Shown: positions 1 to 10,647 of the stretch, one piece after another
How the letters are laid out: each line of letters starts with the position of its first letter
Position numbering within the stretch: the first letter of the stretch is position 1
Source: Obrimoposthia wandeli
Lineage: Eukaryota
Assembly: GCA_977020255.1 (NCBI GenBank)
Contig: CDROCS010001101.1
Location: 372,001 to 436,000, forward strand
DNA: 64,000 nt
Reading direction: 5' to 3'
The notes under the pieces: generated by a model
What the model was told of the DNA's origin: nothing
Seen by the model: only the letters and a program-made list of their open reading frames with translations
The model's database searches: none
Program-made: the position numbers and the translations under genes

Positions 1-336
1 ATTTATACCAACTCACCAAAGCATTACGCGACCAAGGTTTTAACTAAGTTAGCTTTAATCGACAGTTTTGATGCTATATTTTCATTAGAAGATGCTAATT
101 ATGAGCTAAAACCACACAATGCCAGCTACCAACAGCTTTGTGAGACACACGCCATTAATCACCATAAAACAGTGTTCTTTGATGATCAATTACGTAATCT
201 AAAACCAGCAAAAGCCCTTGGTATGACTACGGTCTGGGTTTCAGGTTCAGAGCAAGTCGTGACAGATTTGAACTATACTGCAGATTACGAAACAAATAAT
301 TTAACCCAGTTTTTCAACTTGTTACAAACAAGCTAA
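1..336 (+). CDS. 3' part of a HAD-superfamily (pyrimidine 5'-nucleotidase-like) hydrolase, truncated by window start
   Basis: Frame 1 reads IYTNSPKHYATKVL...ELKPH...VFFDDQLRNLKPAKALGMTTVWV...* with stop at 334-336. It has the HAD motif II TN, the motif III K-P and the motif IV FFDD. Not in the ORF track because there is no start codon in the window. Confidence 0.8.
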   Translation: MYTNSPKHYATKVLTKLALIDSFDAIFSLEDANYELKPHNASYQQLCETHAINHHKTVFFDDQLRNLKPAKALGMTTVWVSGSEQVVTDLNYTADYETNNLTQFFNLLQTS

Positions 337-491
337 AGATTTATTGCCACTTTTAATCGCAAAACACGTAGTAAGTGGCTATAATCCGCCCTCAGTAACG
401 ACTGGCGTTCTCATTGTTGTATTTATCCCAGTCGTGAAAATAGCCTTCGCAATTAACTTTGCGCACTAAAATTAATACCCAAGAGTACTTT

Positions 492-2924
492 ATGCAAACT
501 GCCAAAGATCTTTTTTCATATCCAAAATTTCAGAATCGGGTGACAAAACCCGCACCGTTTTTGCCAATGACACGTGCAGAAATGGATATACTCGGTTGGG
601 ATAGCTGTGACGTTATTGTCGTTACAGGTGACGCGTATGTCGATCACCCAAGTTTTGGTATGGCTATTATCGGCAGAACCTTAGAAGCACAGGGCTTCCG
701 CGTTGGTATCATTTCTCAACCAGATTGGGAAAGTGTAGAACCATTTAAAGAATTAGGTCGTCCGAATCTATTTTTTGGTGTTACCTCAGGTAACATGGAT
801 TCGATGATTAACCGTTATACATCAGATCTTAAATTACGTCATGATGATGCTTATACACCAGGTGACATCGGCGGCAAACGTCCCGATCGCGCTGTTTTAG
901 TTTATACCCAACGTTGTAAGCAAGCATTTAAAGAAGTGCCTGTTGTGATTGGTGGTATTGAAGCAAGTTTACGCCGTATTGCCCATTATGATTATTGGTC
1001 TGATAAAGTACGTGGTTCTGTATTACCCGATTCAAAAGCTGACATGCTTATTTACGGTAATGCTGAACGTCCACTTATTCAAGTGGCACATCGTTTAGCC
1101 AATGGCGAATCGATCAAAGACATTAAAGATGTACGTGGTACGGGCGTAATGCTTAAAGAACCACTGCCTACTTGGAAAGGTCTTGATTCTCGCACCTTAG
1201 ATACACCAGGAAAAATCGAACCAATTATCAGTCCTTATACTGAAATTGATGAAACCTGTTCTAAACAAGATTCACAAGAACAAGTAATCGATAATTCAGA
1301 CGCTAACGTCGCTAAACCAGTCGTTATGCAAGCACCTAAGCAAATGCCATGGCATGAAACTTATATTCGCCTGCCTGATATGGAAACAGTGAAAAAAGAT
1401 AAAATGTTATATGCGCATACATCACGTGTATTTCATCAAGAAACTAACCCTATTTCATCACGTGCATTGATTCAAAAACACGGCGCACGTGAAGTATGGT
1501 TAAACCCACCAGCAACACCACTTGCTGAAGGTGAAATGGATGGCGTATTCGATCTAGCCTATGCACGCGTTCCACACCCAAGTTATGGCGATCAAAAGAT
1601 CCCTGCTTATGACATGATCAAAACGTCGATCAACATTATGCGCGGTTGTTTTGGTGGTTGCTCTTTCTGTTCGATTACCGAACATGAAGGCCGTGTAATT
1701 CAAAGTCGTTCTGAAGATTCGATTGTGAAAGAAATGGAAGCTATCCGCGATAAAGTACCCGGTTTCACCGGTGTTATTTCCGATCTTGGTGGCCCAACGG
1801 CAAACATGTACAAATTAGGCTGTATGAGTGCCAAAGCAGAAGCGACTTGTCGCCGTCTGTCTTGCATCTTCCCGTCAATTTGTGCACATATGGATACAGA
1901 CCATACACCAACAATTGATTTATACCGTCGTGCACGTAAAGTACCGGGCATTAAGAAAATCTTAATTGCATCAGGCGTACGTTATGATTTAGCGATTGAA
2001 GATCCACGTTATGTGAAAGAGCTAGTAGAGCATCACGTCGGTGGTTACTTAAAAATTGCCCCTGAGCATACAGAAAAGTCACCGCTTGATATCATGATGA
2101 AGCCAGGTATGGGCACTTATGATAAGTTTAAAGAAATGTTTGATCGTTTCTCTGCTGAAGCCGGCAAAAAACAATACTTGATCCCTTACTTCATCTCGGC
2201 GCACCCTGGCACCAATGATGAAGATATGTTGACGTTAGCATTGTGGCTAAAACAATATAAATTCAAACTTGATCAAGTACAAAACTTCTACCCGTCACCA
2301 CTTGCTAATGCAACAGCCGTGTATCACACAGAGCTTAACTCATTGCATAAAGTACGTGAGACAGATGAAAAAGTAGTCGTACCAAAAGGCGCACGTCAAC
2401 GTCGTCTGCACAAAGCATTATTACGCTACCACGATCCAGCTAACTGGCCAATCATCCGCGAATACCTGCTTAAAACAGGTAATCGTAACTTGATTGGTCG
2501 TAGCCCACGTCACCTTGTGCCGCCAGAAAGCTTAGCGGAAAAACAAGAAAAACTGAGCAATGCGAAACCACATCTTGGTAAAGGTGGTGCTAATAGTAAA
2601 AATAGACCTAATAGCAGTAATAAAGGCGCTAAACAGCAACGTGCAGAACCAGGTACCAAGCAATTTACCAAAGCGTTAACCAAACATACCGGCCTTGCTC
2701 CGCAAGAAGGTGTTGGTATCAACGAAAACGGTAATAAAGCGGGTAATAAACCAAACCGCAAAAAACCTGCTGTAGGTGGAAGTTCTGCTAACAACACGGG
2801 TGCGAATAAAAATGCCAATGGCAGTACTAAGGGTGGTGGTTTTAAAAAACCATCAGCAAATCGTCCTGGTGCTGCAAACAAAGGCGGTCAAGGCCAACAA
2901 GCTAAGCGTAGTAACAAACGTTAA
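492..2924 (+). CDS. ygiQ: YgiQ family radical SAM protein (UPF0313) with long K/N/G-rich C-terminal tail
   Basis: N-terminal [34 protein letters not shown] and CFGGCSFC (CxxxCxxC). ATG at 492 is preferred over TTG at 459. Confidence 0.92.
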   Translation: MQTAKDLFSYPKFQNRVTKPAPFLPMTRAEMDILGWDSCDVIVVTGDAYVDHPSFGMAIIGRTLEAQGFRVGIISQPDWESVEPFKELGRPNLFFGVTSGNMDSMINRYTSDLKLRHDDAYTPGDIGGKRPDRAVLVYTQRCKQAFKEVPVVIGGIEASLRRIAHYDYWSDKVRGSVLPDSKADMLIYGNAERPLIQVAHRLANGESIKDIKDVRGTGVMLKEPLPTWKGLDSRTLDTPGKIEPIISPYTEIDETCSKQDSQEQVIDNSDANVAKPVVMQAPKQMPWHETYIRLPDMETVKKDKMLYAHTSRVFHQETNPISSRALIQKHGAREVWLNPPATPLAEGEMDGVFDLAYARVPHPSYGDQKIPAYDMIKTSINIMRGCFGGCSFCSITEHEGRVIQSRSEDSIVKEMEAIRDKVPGFTGVISDLGGPTANMYKLGCMSAKAEATCRRLSCIFPSICAHMDTDHTPTIDLYRRARKVPGIKKILIASGVRYDLAIEDPRYVKELVEHHVGGYLKIAPEHTEKSPLDIMMKPGMGTYDKFKEMFDRFSAEAGKKQYLIPYFISAHPGTNDEDMLTLALWLKQYKFKLDQVQNFYPSPLANATAVYHTELNSLHKVRETDEKVVVPKGARQRRLHKALLRYHDPANWPIIREYLLKTGNRNLIGRSPRHLVPPESLAEKQEKLSNAKPHLGKGGANSKNRPNSSNKGAKQQRAEPGTKQFTKALTKHTGLAPQEGVGINENGNKAGNKPNRKKPAVGGSSANNTGANKNANGSTKGGGFKKPSANRPGAANKGGQGQQAKRSNKR

Positions 2925-2952
2925 GTATTAACCGACTACCGACGTAAAATAT

Positions 2953-2987
2953 AAAAGGGTAAAATGTGTATGCATTTTACCCTTTTT
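2953..2987 (+). terminator. Rho-independent terminator after ygiQ
   Basis: AAAAGGGTAAAATG / CATTTTACCCTTTT stem followed by a T run. Confidence 0.8.
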
Positions 2988-3103
2988 AATATGCTAGAAA
3001 GCATTTCTATTAATCTACACGCCACCTTTATATAGACCTTTACTTAAATTCATCCATGTATAGATATTAGCAGCTATAATTAAAGCTCCTAGTTACACCG
3101 CTA

Positions 3104-3131
3104 TATAATATATTGGTTACTGTAACCAATA
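3104..3131 (+). promoter_or_regulatory. -10 TATAAT followed directly by a 21-bp palindromic operator-like site
   Basis: TATAAT at 3104-3109; TATTGGTTAC-T-GTAACCAATA at 3111-3131; RBS GGGAG and ATG 3145 follow. Confidence 0.5.
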
Positions 3132-3144
3132 CGGGAGATGGATT

Positions 3145-3663
3145 ATGCTCATGCGAAAAATCACCCACTATTTAGATCAAGCTTATATAAACTACCAAAG
3201 CGATCACCATCCGCCCGGTTATACTGCGCAGCACGCCGCAGAATTAAGTAAAACCAGTGGTATGTGTTTTGCGAAAACCGTCATTATCACGGCAGACACG
3301 CGATTGGTTATGATTGTAATGCCCGCCCCCTATACCATTGATTTTGATAATATTGCGTTTTCAATTGGGGCTCGTTACGTCAATTTAGCCTATGAACATC
3401 AATTCCGCCATACCTTCCCTGACTGTGAAACAGGCGCAATGCCACCCTTTGGTCATCTCTTTAATATGCCCGTTTTTATGTCCGATGCTTTAATAACACA
3501 ATCAGAAGTGAGTTTTAATGCTGGAGACCACAGTGAAACCATCCGTATGAAAAGCGTCGATTTAGTCGATCTCATTCAACCAACAATCATCAGTTGTGGC
3601 TTCAACAAATCAGGTAGTGGCTATCATCATGAACACGCAAGGCAGGGTAAATTAAGGCATTAA
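3145..3663 (+). CDS. YbaK/EbsC/ProX family aminoacyl-tRNA deacylase
   Basis: YTAQHAA...FAKTVII (conserved Lys), CETGAMPPFG, FNAGDH motifs. Confidence 0.85.
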   Translation: MLMRKITHYLDQAYINYQSDHHPPGYTAQHAAELSKTSGMCFAKTVIITADTRLVMIVMPAPYTIDFDNIAFSIGARYVNLAYEHQFRHTFPDCETGAMPPFGHLFNMPVFMSDALITQSEVSFNAGDHSETIRMKSVDLVDLIQPTIISCGFNKSGSGYHHEHARQGKLRH

Positions 3664-3781
3664 GAACAAAGGGAGCAATTCGCCATGTATTTTCACCTTG
3701 GATAGTGAAAGTACATGACTAAATAATTCAACCAGATTGAGTTACTTTTAATTACTTAAAGACTAGTTATTTAAAGACCAG

Positions 3782-4315
3782 TTATTTTGCTTTCGGTCTG
3801 AATGGTTTAATCACCGACTCATCACATTCAAGGAAAGGGCCATCCATTAAATCAATGCAATAAGGGATTGCAGGGAATACCGCATCTAAACATTCACGAA
3901 TAGATTTAGGTTTTCCGGGTAAATTCACAATTAATGAATCTGCACGTAAACCAGCGGTTTGACGTGAAAGGATCGCTGTCGGTACAAATTTTAATGACTC
4001 TGTACGCATTAACTCACCAAAACCAGGCATCATACGATCACATACAGCTTCAGTTGCCTCTGGTGTTACGTCACGCTTAGCAGGGCCAGTGCCACCCGTT
4101 GTTACGATCAAACTACAATTTTGTTCATCTGCCATTTTAATCAAGGTTGCTTCAATCACATCTTGCTCATCTGGAATAACTTCATAAACAGCTTCCCACT
4201 CAGAAGTCAGGTACTCGTTTAATACAGCGATAATAGCCTTACCAGAAAGATCTTCATAAATGCCAGCACTGGCTCTATCACTTACTGTCACAATACCGAT
4301 TTTAGCTTTAGTCAT
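3782..4315 (-). CDS. mog: molybdopterin adenylyltransferase
   Basis: IGIVTVSDRAS, TTGGTGPAKRDVTPEAT, NLPGKPKSI motifs. Confidence 0.95.
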   Translation of the reverse strand: MTKAKIGIVTVSDRASAGIYEDLSGKAIIAVLNEYLTSEWEAVYEVIPDEQDVIEATLIKMADEQNCSLIVTTGGTGPAKRDVTPEATEAVCDRMMPGFGELMRTESLKFVPTAILSRQTAGLRADSLIVNLPGKPKSIRECLDAVFPAIPYCIDLMDGPFLECDESVIKPFRPKAK

Positions 4316-4389
4316 TGTTTATTCCATATAGCTTATTTGATTAATGAACTAATTTTAGCGGAAGCAGTGGGGAGTGTAAAATCAAGAGG

Positions 4390-4403
4390 TTGATCTACCT
4401 CAA
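4390..4403 (+). promoter_or_regulatory. FNR-like box upstream of dcuC
   Basis: TTGAT-CTAC-CTCAA, one mismatch to TTGAT-N4-ATCAA; dcuC is FNR-activated in E. coli. Confidence 0.55.
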
Positions 4404-4565
4404 ACTATTTATTGAGAGTTTATAAAATGCTGACTTAGATCATTAATAGTCGTATTAACCATCGCAAAACCATCTCTTTGTGGGTACATTCGACCAGTAA
4501 CGAAACATTAGTTTAAACGTTAAAACAATGTTAATGGTTTATTGATATATAACAAAGAGGTTTCA

Positions 4566-5933
4566 ATGTTAGAGTTATTCATTGGTTTGATGGTGACGGT
4601 TGCAGTCGGCTACTTCATCGTCAAAGAGTATAAAGCAGCGGGAGTATTACTCACCGCTGGTATTACACTGCTAATCATCACCGGATTACTTGGTAAACAA
4701 ATTCTTCCATCAGGCATAACAAGTACAGGGAATATTCTGACAGACTCATTGGAGTTTGTTAAATACATGCTGAAGTATCGTGGCGGCGGTCTGGGCATGC
4801 AAATCATGTTGTTATGTGGTTTTGCCGCTTACATGACTAAAATTGATGCCAACAACGTTGTTGTTAAACAGTTCTCCAAGCCCCTATCATATATTAAATC
4901 CCCTTATACCCTACTCGTCGCTGCTTACATCGTGGCTTGCTTAATGTCGCTTGCTGTAAGCTCTGCTACAGGTCTCGGGGTATTATTAATGGCGACCTTA
5001 TTCCCAATGATGACTGCCATGGGTATCTCTCGTCCTGCTGCTGTAGCTGTTTGTGCGTCTCCAGCTGCAATCATCTTGTCTCCAACGTCTGGTGATGTTG
5101 TTGTGGCAGCCGAAAAATCAGGATTACCTTTGCATGTATTTGCTGTAGAAACAGTATTACCTGTATCAATCTGTGCAATCATTGTAATGGCCGCAGCTGC
5201 ATTTTTCTGGAACCGTCATTTAGACAAAAAAGAAAATACACCTATGGTAAAAACAGATATCTCAGAGATCGTGGTAACAGCGCCTGGATATTATGCATTC
5301 TTACCCTTCCTACCAATTATCGGGGTATTTCTATTTAACGGTTCAACAATTGAAGGGCTATCACTTGATATCTACACTATCGTAGTCTTCTCTATCTTTA
5401 TTAGTGCGATTGTCGATTTTATAACGAAACGCTTAAATGGACGTGCAACCTTAGAAGATTTAGAATCTTGCTACGAAGGCATGGGTGATGCATTTAAAGG
5501 CGTTGTCATGTTGTTAGTGGCTGCTGGTGTATTTGCGCAAGGCCTAATGTCGCTAGGCGCAATTGATAATTTAATCGGCTTAGCCGAAGCCGCTGGTGCT
5601 GGTGGATTTGCATTAATGCTTATCCTAACGGGTCTAACCGTTGCAGCAGCGATTGCAACAGGTTCGGGTAATGCGCCATTCTACGCGTTTGTTGAGTTAG
5701 CCCCTGCCCTTGCTGGGAAAATGGGTCTAAACCCTGCTTTCTTAATCATCCCTATGTTACAAGCGTCAAATCTTGGCCGCACAATATCACCTGTTGCTGG
5801 CGTTATTGTTGCTACCAGTGGGATGGCAAAAATCAGCCCATTCGAAGTGGTTAAACGTACTTCAGTGCCTGTAATCGCAGGTTTGATTACTGTTATTTGC
5901 GGTACAATGGTACTTGTACCTATGTATGTCTAG
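4566..5933 (+). CDS. dcuC: anaerobic C4-dicarboxylate transporter DcuC
   Basis: Highly hydrophobic; SSATGLGVLLMATLFP, TGSGNAPF, ASNLGRTISP motifs. ATG 4566 follows RBS AAAGAGG (ORF track starts at 4542). Confidence 0.9.
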   Translation: MLELFIGLMVTVAVGYFIVKEYKAAGVLLTAGITLLIITGLLGKQILPSGITSTGNILTDSLEFVKYMLKYRGGGLGMQIMLLCGFAAYMTKIDANNVVVKQFSKPLSYIKSPYTLLVAAYIVACLMSLAVSSATGLGVLLMATLFPMMTAMGISRPAAVAVCASPAAIILSPTSGDVVVAAEKSGLPLHVFAVETVLPVSICAIIVMAAAAFFWNRHLDKKENTPMVKTDISEIVVTAPGYYAFLPFLPIIGVFLFNGSTIEGLSLDIYTIVVFSIFISAIVDFITKRLNGRATLEDLESCYEGMGDAFKGVVMLLVAAGVFAQGLMSLGAIDNLIGLAEAAGAGGFALMLILTGLTVAAAIATGSGNAPFYAFVELAPALAGKMGLNPAFLIIPMLQASNLGRTISPVAGVIVATSGMAKISPFEVVKRTSVPVIAGLITVICGTMVLVPMYV

Positions 5934-6000
5934 CAGCATGTCTCTCTGGTAAGTAGAATCTACTTATCTCGAAGATAAAGTCGTCATCACGGCGTCAGTA

Positions 6001-6033
6001 AAAGGCTAGGGTTTCAAATCCCCTAGTCTTTTT
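6001..6033 (+). terminator. terminator after dcuC
   Basis: AAAGGCTAGGG / CCCTAGTCTTT stem plus T run. Confidence 0.75.
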
Positions 6034-6128
6034 AGTATAAAAATCAAAAACGATGTTGAATAAATTATCAGTTGAATTTGTTATACTCCACCACTAATAA
6101 GTTAAATCTAATATAGGGTAAACAATAA

Positions 6129-6794
6129 GTGAATTATCAAGCAGCTATTTTTGATATGGACGGCCTACTTCTTGACACTGAGCGTGTATGCAAAGGTGTA
6201 TTCGAAGAAGCCTGTGCCTCATTATCGATTCCTTTTTTAGAAGATGTTTACTTAGACATTATCGGTCGTAATGCCCAAGGTATCGAGCAAGTGCTTCGTG
6301 CAGGTTACGGCAAAGATCTTGACTACCCAGTGCTTCATCATGCATGGAAAACCCGTTATAACGCAGTAGTAATGCATCAAGCTATTCCTGTAAAAGAAGG
6401 GGTCATTGAATTATTAACTTGGCTAAAAGACAACAACGTGCCAACAGCCGTAGCAACGTCAACGCAAAATGATGTCGCCAAGATTAAGCTGAAATTCGCA
6501 GGGTTAGATCACTACTTTGATAATCTAACGACTGGCTGTGAAGTTAAGAATGGTAAGCCTGATCCTGAAATTTATTTACTGGCTGCAAACCGTTTAAACA
6601 TTAGACCTGAGGATTGTTTGGCATTTGAAGATTCTAATAATGGCGTACTTGCGGCAGTGAACGCTAATATGCAAACATTTCAAATACCTGATTTAGTTCA
6701 GCCAAGTGCAGAAATATTAACATTAGGGCATACAGTAACGGATTCTTTATCTAAGGTTTTAACTAGTCTAAAGGAAAATAAACAAACCATTTGA
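6129..6794 (+). CDS. HAD family phosphatase (beta-PGM/CbbY-like)
   Basis: IFDMDGLLLDTE, ATST, GKPDPEIY, FEDSNNG. Confidence 0.9.
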   Translation: MNYQAAIFDMDGLLLDTERVCKGVFEEACASLSIPFLEDVYLDIIGRNAQGIEQVLRAGYGKDLDYPVLHHAWKTRYNAVVMHQAIPVKEGVIELLTWLKDNNVPTAVATSTQNDVAKIKLKFAGLDHYFDNLTTGCEVKNGKPDPEIYLLAANRLNIRPEDCLAFEDSNNGVLAAVNANMQTFQIPDLVQPSAEILTLGHTVTDSLSKVLTSLKENKQTI

Positions 6795-6889
6795 TAACAC
6801 CCAACGCAATAATCTCCACCTCTAATAACACTTCTGTTTAAAATAAACTAGAATTATTGATAAGCAGGTTATTAGAGGTAAATGCCATC

Positions 6890-7048
6890 ATGTCAGTATT
6901 TAATGAAGCAATGCAACTAAAAGGCCAAGTAGAAGAAGATCTCTTTTTTGCAAAATTAGATCTTGAACTCATCGCAGCCCTACATAAAAAGCACAATAAA
7001 GAACAGCAGTACGAAGAAAGCGAAACTGAATACAGTTATGTTCGTTAG
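6890..7048 (+). CDS. 52-aa acidic helical small protein, IF1-like motif (see findings)
   Basis: RBS GAGGT at 6875-6879 and ATG 6890; protein MSVFNEAMQLKGQVEEDLFFAKLDLELIAALHKKHNKEQQYEESETEYSYVR. Confidence 0.65.
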   Translation: MSVFNEAMQLKGQVEEDLFFAKLDLELIAALHKKHNKEQQYEESETEYSYVR

Positions 7049-7342
7049 TTACTCAACAAACACAATCATCAGCGCTTCTAATGCTCCACTATCGACTAAG
7101 CTAGCGCTTCCACTAATAAAAATAACCATACCAGCAATAAAATATTTAACGAGTTGATGCAATCCATCATCTAAAATAGCTTCTGGTGAAGTTTTTTCAA
7201 ATTGCATATAAGCTTGCTGCTTATCGGTGCTCGTTAATGTTTTTTTGTGTTGTAAATACCGATGTAAATTAAATCGAGCAATTGCCGCAAACAAAAATCC
7301 TGAAATCATGATTACGCCCAACATCCATTCTAAATCACCCAT
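7049..7342 (-). CDS. hypothetical two-TM membrane protein
   Basis: RBS AAGGA upstream, two hydrophobic segments; stop codon abuts the stop of the convergent small ORF. Confidence 0.6.
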   Translation of the reverse strand: MGDLEWMLGVIMISGFLFAAIARFNLHRYLQHKKTLTSTDKQQAYMQFEKTSPEAILDDGLHQLVKYFIAGMVIFISGSASLVDSGALEALMIVFVE

Positions 7343-7469
7343 TACTTTTCCTTAAGCATGAAGATAACTATAAAGTACAATAAGACAATATCATTGAGTT
7401 ATAGCATCAATAGCTTAAAAAAGTATTAATCGACCATTCATAATTCATTAATAATATTTTAATAGCAAA

Positions 7470-7507
7470 AAAAATGGCTAGAATGAATCATCATTCCAGC
7501 CATTTTT
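7470..7507. terminator. terminator downstream of yqhD (A and T runs on both sides)
   Basis: AAAAATGGCTAGAATGA / TCATTCCAGCCATTTTT. Confidence 0.75.
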
Positions 7508-7564
7508 ATTTATTCAATACTTAGGACTAGCTAGTCACTAAAGTTAAGTGTTTTAGCACTGTAA

Positions 7565-8722
7565 TTATAATGCCGCGTTTAAAATCTGGCGGCTTACTTC
7601 TAAGGTGATATTTTTACGTTCACCTAGGGCTATCATGCCGTGTTTCTCTAGCTTCATAATCAAATTATCAATATCTGCAGACGTAATACCCGCATCAGTC
7701 AACCTTGTTGGTACTTCCATTGCTTTAAAGAAGGCCTCTGTTTTAGCTATCGCAAGATCAATTTTTTCATCTTCATCAGTCGCTGTAATATTCCAAACAC
7801 GTTCGGCATATTGCAATAATTTACTGCGTTTATCTTCACGCATGACTTTCATTACTGCTGGTAACACAATTGATAAACTACGAGCATGATCAACACCATG
7901 TGCTGCAGTTAATTCGTGACCAATCATGTGCGTCGCCCAGTCATGTGGTACACCAGCACCAATTAGACCGTTTAGCGCCATCGTTGCAGACCACATAATA
8001 TTACCGCGAATATCTAAATCATCTTTGGTTTCAGGCTTTAATGCTTTCGGGCCTTCTTCAATCAATGTCAGTAATAAACCTTCAGAAAAACGGTCTTGCA
8101 CTTTCGCGTTAATGCTATACGTCATGTATTGTTCCATCGTATGCACAAACGCATCAACAACACCGTTACTGATTTGGCGATCAGATAAACTTAAGCTAAC
8201 GGCAGGATCAAGGATCGCAAAGGTAGGACGTACTAATGGACTACCAAATGATAACTTACTACCATCACGAGTAATAACAGCACCACCATTGGACTCAGAT
8301 CCAGTTGCAGGCAAGGTTAGAACAGCCCCTAGTGGCAATGCTTTAGTGATAGGTGCACGCTTACTCAGGATATCCCAAGCATCATCACCTGTAAAAACAG
8401 CCGCTGCGGCAATAAACTTACTACCATCAACAACAGAGCCACCACCGACAGCAAGGATGTAATCAACATGATGCTCGTTTATTACATCGACAGCTTGGAT
8501 CAATTGATCATATGTTGGATTCGGTTCAATACCCGAAAATTCAACCCAGTTATGCTCAGATAATGCCGCAACAACCTGGTCATAAACACCGTTAGATTTA
8601 ATAGAACCACCACCATAAGTCACGAGTACTTTCGCGTCTAATGGAATTTCAGTGCTTATCGCTTTAATCTGGTCATCACCAAAATGAATGCGCGTCGGAT
8701 TTTGAAACGTGAAATTCAACAT
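7565..8722 (-). CDS. yqhD: iron-containing NADPH-dependent alcohol/aldehyde dehydrogenase (YqhD type)
   Basis: MLNFTFQNPTRIHFG, GGGS (twice), TLPATGSESN, WATHMIGHELTAAHGVDHA. Confidence 0.9.
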   Translation of the reverse strand: MLNFTFQNPTRIHFGDDQIKAISTEIPLDAKVLVTYGGGSIKSNGVYDQVVAALSEHNWVEFSGIEPNPTYDQLIQAVDVINEHHVDYILAVGGGSVVDGSKFIAAAAVFTGDDAWDILSKRAPITKALPLGAVLTLPATGSESNGGAVITRDGSKLSFGSPLVRPTFAILDPAVSLSLSDRQISNGVVDAFVHTMEQYMTYSINAKVQDRFSEGLLLTLIEEGPKALKPETKDDLDIRGNIMWSATMALNGLIGAGVPHDWATHMIGHELTAAHGVDHARSLSIVLPAVMKVMREDKRSKLLQYAERVWNITATDEDEKIDLAIAKTEAFFKAMEVPTRLTDAGITSADIDNLIMKLEKHGMIALGERKNITLEVSRQILNAAL

Positions 8723-8737
8723 ATGTTTTTCCTAATA

Positions 8738-9418
8738 TTAAGCGTGTGCGATTAGTTTTTCAGCCACTAAAGCTGAAGAAGCAGGGTTTTGGCCCGTGAT
8801 AATTAAACCATCTTGTACTGCAAACGGAGTCCAATCAGCTACTTTCTGATAGTCGCCGCCGCGTTTTACAAGTTCATCTTCGAGTAAAAATGGGACAATA
8901 TCAGTTAATTGTACTGCATCTTCTTCAGTATTTGAAAATCCAGTTACGGCTTTACCTTTAATTACATATTCGCCTTCAGGCGTCTTCACGTTTAGCAATG
9001 CCGCTGTTGCATGACAAACCGCAGATACCGGCTTGTTATTAGCGAGAAACGCTGACAGTAAATCAATTGATGTTGTGCTGTCCGTTAAATCCCAAAGTGG
9101 ACCGTGACCGCCTGGATAGAATACTGCATCAAAATCTTGCTCTTTTACTTCAGCAAGTTTCATTGTCGTCGCAAGCGCTTGCTGTGCAACCTTATCAGCA
9201 TCAAAACGGCGAGTTGCAGCTGTTTGCATGCTTTCATCGGCACTTGCAGGATCAATTGGTGGCTGGCCACCAGCAGGTGACGCTAGCGTTATCTTCATTC
9301 CAGCATCAAGAAATACATAATAAGGAGCGGCTAGTTCTTCAACCCAAAAACCTGTTTTCTTGCCTGTATTACCTAAATCTGCATGTGATGTTAATACCAC
9401 TAAAATATTCTTAATCAT
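8738..9418 (-). CDS. DJ-1/PfpI (type 1 glutamine amidotransferase-like) protein
   Basis: TGFWVEE, PGGHGPLWDL, AVCHA, TGQNPAS. Confidence 0.9.
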   Translation of the reverse strand: MIKNILVVLTSHADLGNTGKKTGFWVEELAAPYYVFLDAGMKITLASPAGGQPPIDPASADESMQTAATRRFDADKVAQQALATTMKLAEVKEQDFDAVFYPGGHGPLWDLTDSTTSIDLLSAFLANNKPVSAVCHATAALLNVKTPEGEYVIKGKAVTGFSNTEEDAVQLTDIVPFLLEDELVKRGGDYQKVADWTPFAVQDGLIITGQNPASSALVAEKLIAHA

Positions 9419-9633
9419 GATAATTCCTTTGCTTTAACTGGGCATAAATCTAATGACTAGATAGCCGTGTGATGAATAAACTGTGTCAGTAATAGTCAGT
9501 GCCGTTAGTTGATAACAGCGAATACAAACAGTCTATACCTCGATGTTAATTCTAACAATGCAGAGTAAACTGACTACACTGTTCAATTTTTTGATACAAT
9601 GTAATTCATTACACATCGGTACGGTTTCAATCT

Positions 9634-10539
9634 ATGAATGTTTCTTTTGAACAATTAAAAAGTATGGTTGTTTACGCTCAGATTGTCGAACAAGGGACGC
9701 TCTCTGCTGCTGCAAAGCATTTAAACCTCTCGCGCGCTGTTGTCAGCTACCATCTTAAAAAGCTAGAAACCCAGTTAGGGCTGAAGTTACTTAACCGCAC
9801 AACCCGTAGCTTTACCCTCACGGAAGCTGGTCAGCAGTACTACCAACACTGCCAAGAAATTGCGCGGCAGGCTGAAGCGGCAAATCAACAAATAGAAAAT
9901 TTGAAACATGAACCTGAAGGTTTATTAAAGGTCACTTGTCCGGTCAATGTTGGATTACAGATCATTGTTCCAGCATTAAACATGTTTAAGATCCAATTTC
10001 CGAAAATTGAATTGGACATCATTCTAACCGATGATATCGTCAATATCATGCAAGAAGGTATAGACCTCGCGATCAGGGGCGCACCATTAGTTGACTCCGG
10101 CTTGCAGGCAAGAAAACTAATCTCAATGAAAACCTGTTTATGTGCATCACCCGATTACTTAAATAAATATGGTAGGCCGACAGCCCCGACTGAATTGGTT
10201 GAACATGATTGGGTATTATATAAATTAAGCTCGAGTACTTTAACATTAACCAAAGGTACCCGTGCTTATAGCGTTAAACCAAAAGGGAGTATTACGACCA
10301 ACAATGCGGCCGCACGAACAGCCTTTGTTGAAGGAGGTCATGGTATTGCGCGGATCCCGTTTTACGACGCAGCGCCTAAAATAGCGTCACACAAGCTCGA
10401 ACAACTATTGTCTGATTATGAGTTAGCAAACATTGAGCTATACGGCGTTTTTCCACCAGGAAGCGCGGGTTCGAAAAAACATAGGGTGTTACTCAGTTTC
10501 CTAAAGGAACATTTCAAACATTTAGCGACAATTATGTGA
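9634..10539 (+). CDS. LysR family regulator, divergent from the PfpI-yqhD operon
   Basis: N-terminal HTH (GTLSAAAKHLNLSRAVVSYHLKKLE...LLNRTTR) and a substrate-binding domain. Confidence 0.92.
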   Translation: MNVSFEQLKSMVVYAQIVEQGTLSAAAKHLNLSRAVVSYHLKKLETQLGLKLLNRTTRSFTLTEAGQQYYQHCQEIARQAEAANQQIENLKHEPEGLLKVTCPVNVGLQIIVPALNMFKIQFPKIELDIILTDDIVNIMQEGIDLAIRGAPLVDSGLQARKLISMKTCLCASPDYLNKYGRPTAPTELVEHDWVLYKLSSSTLTLTKGTRAYSVKPKGSITTNNAAARTAFVEGGHGIARIPFYDAAPKIASHKLEQLLSDYELANIELYGVFPPGSAGSKKHRVLLSFLKEHFKHLATIM

Positions 10540-10647
10540 CCAAGATCGAACTATTACTTTTTAGGCATTATTAATCAAGTTTAAACCTCTCCAAATGAAT
10601 CTTTGAGGCTAGACTTAAAATTAGTTTAAACAAGTGGAGATAAACCA

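Noticed and set aside
2540-2924. Low-complexity K/N/G tail of YgiQ as a separate or novel domain
   Set aside because: Variable basic disordered tails are usual for this family.
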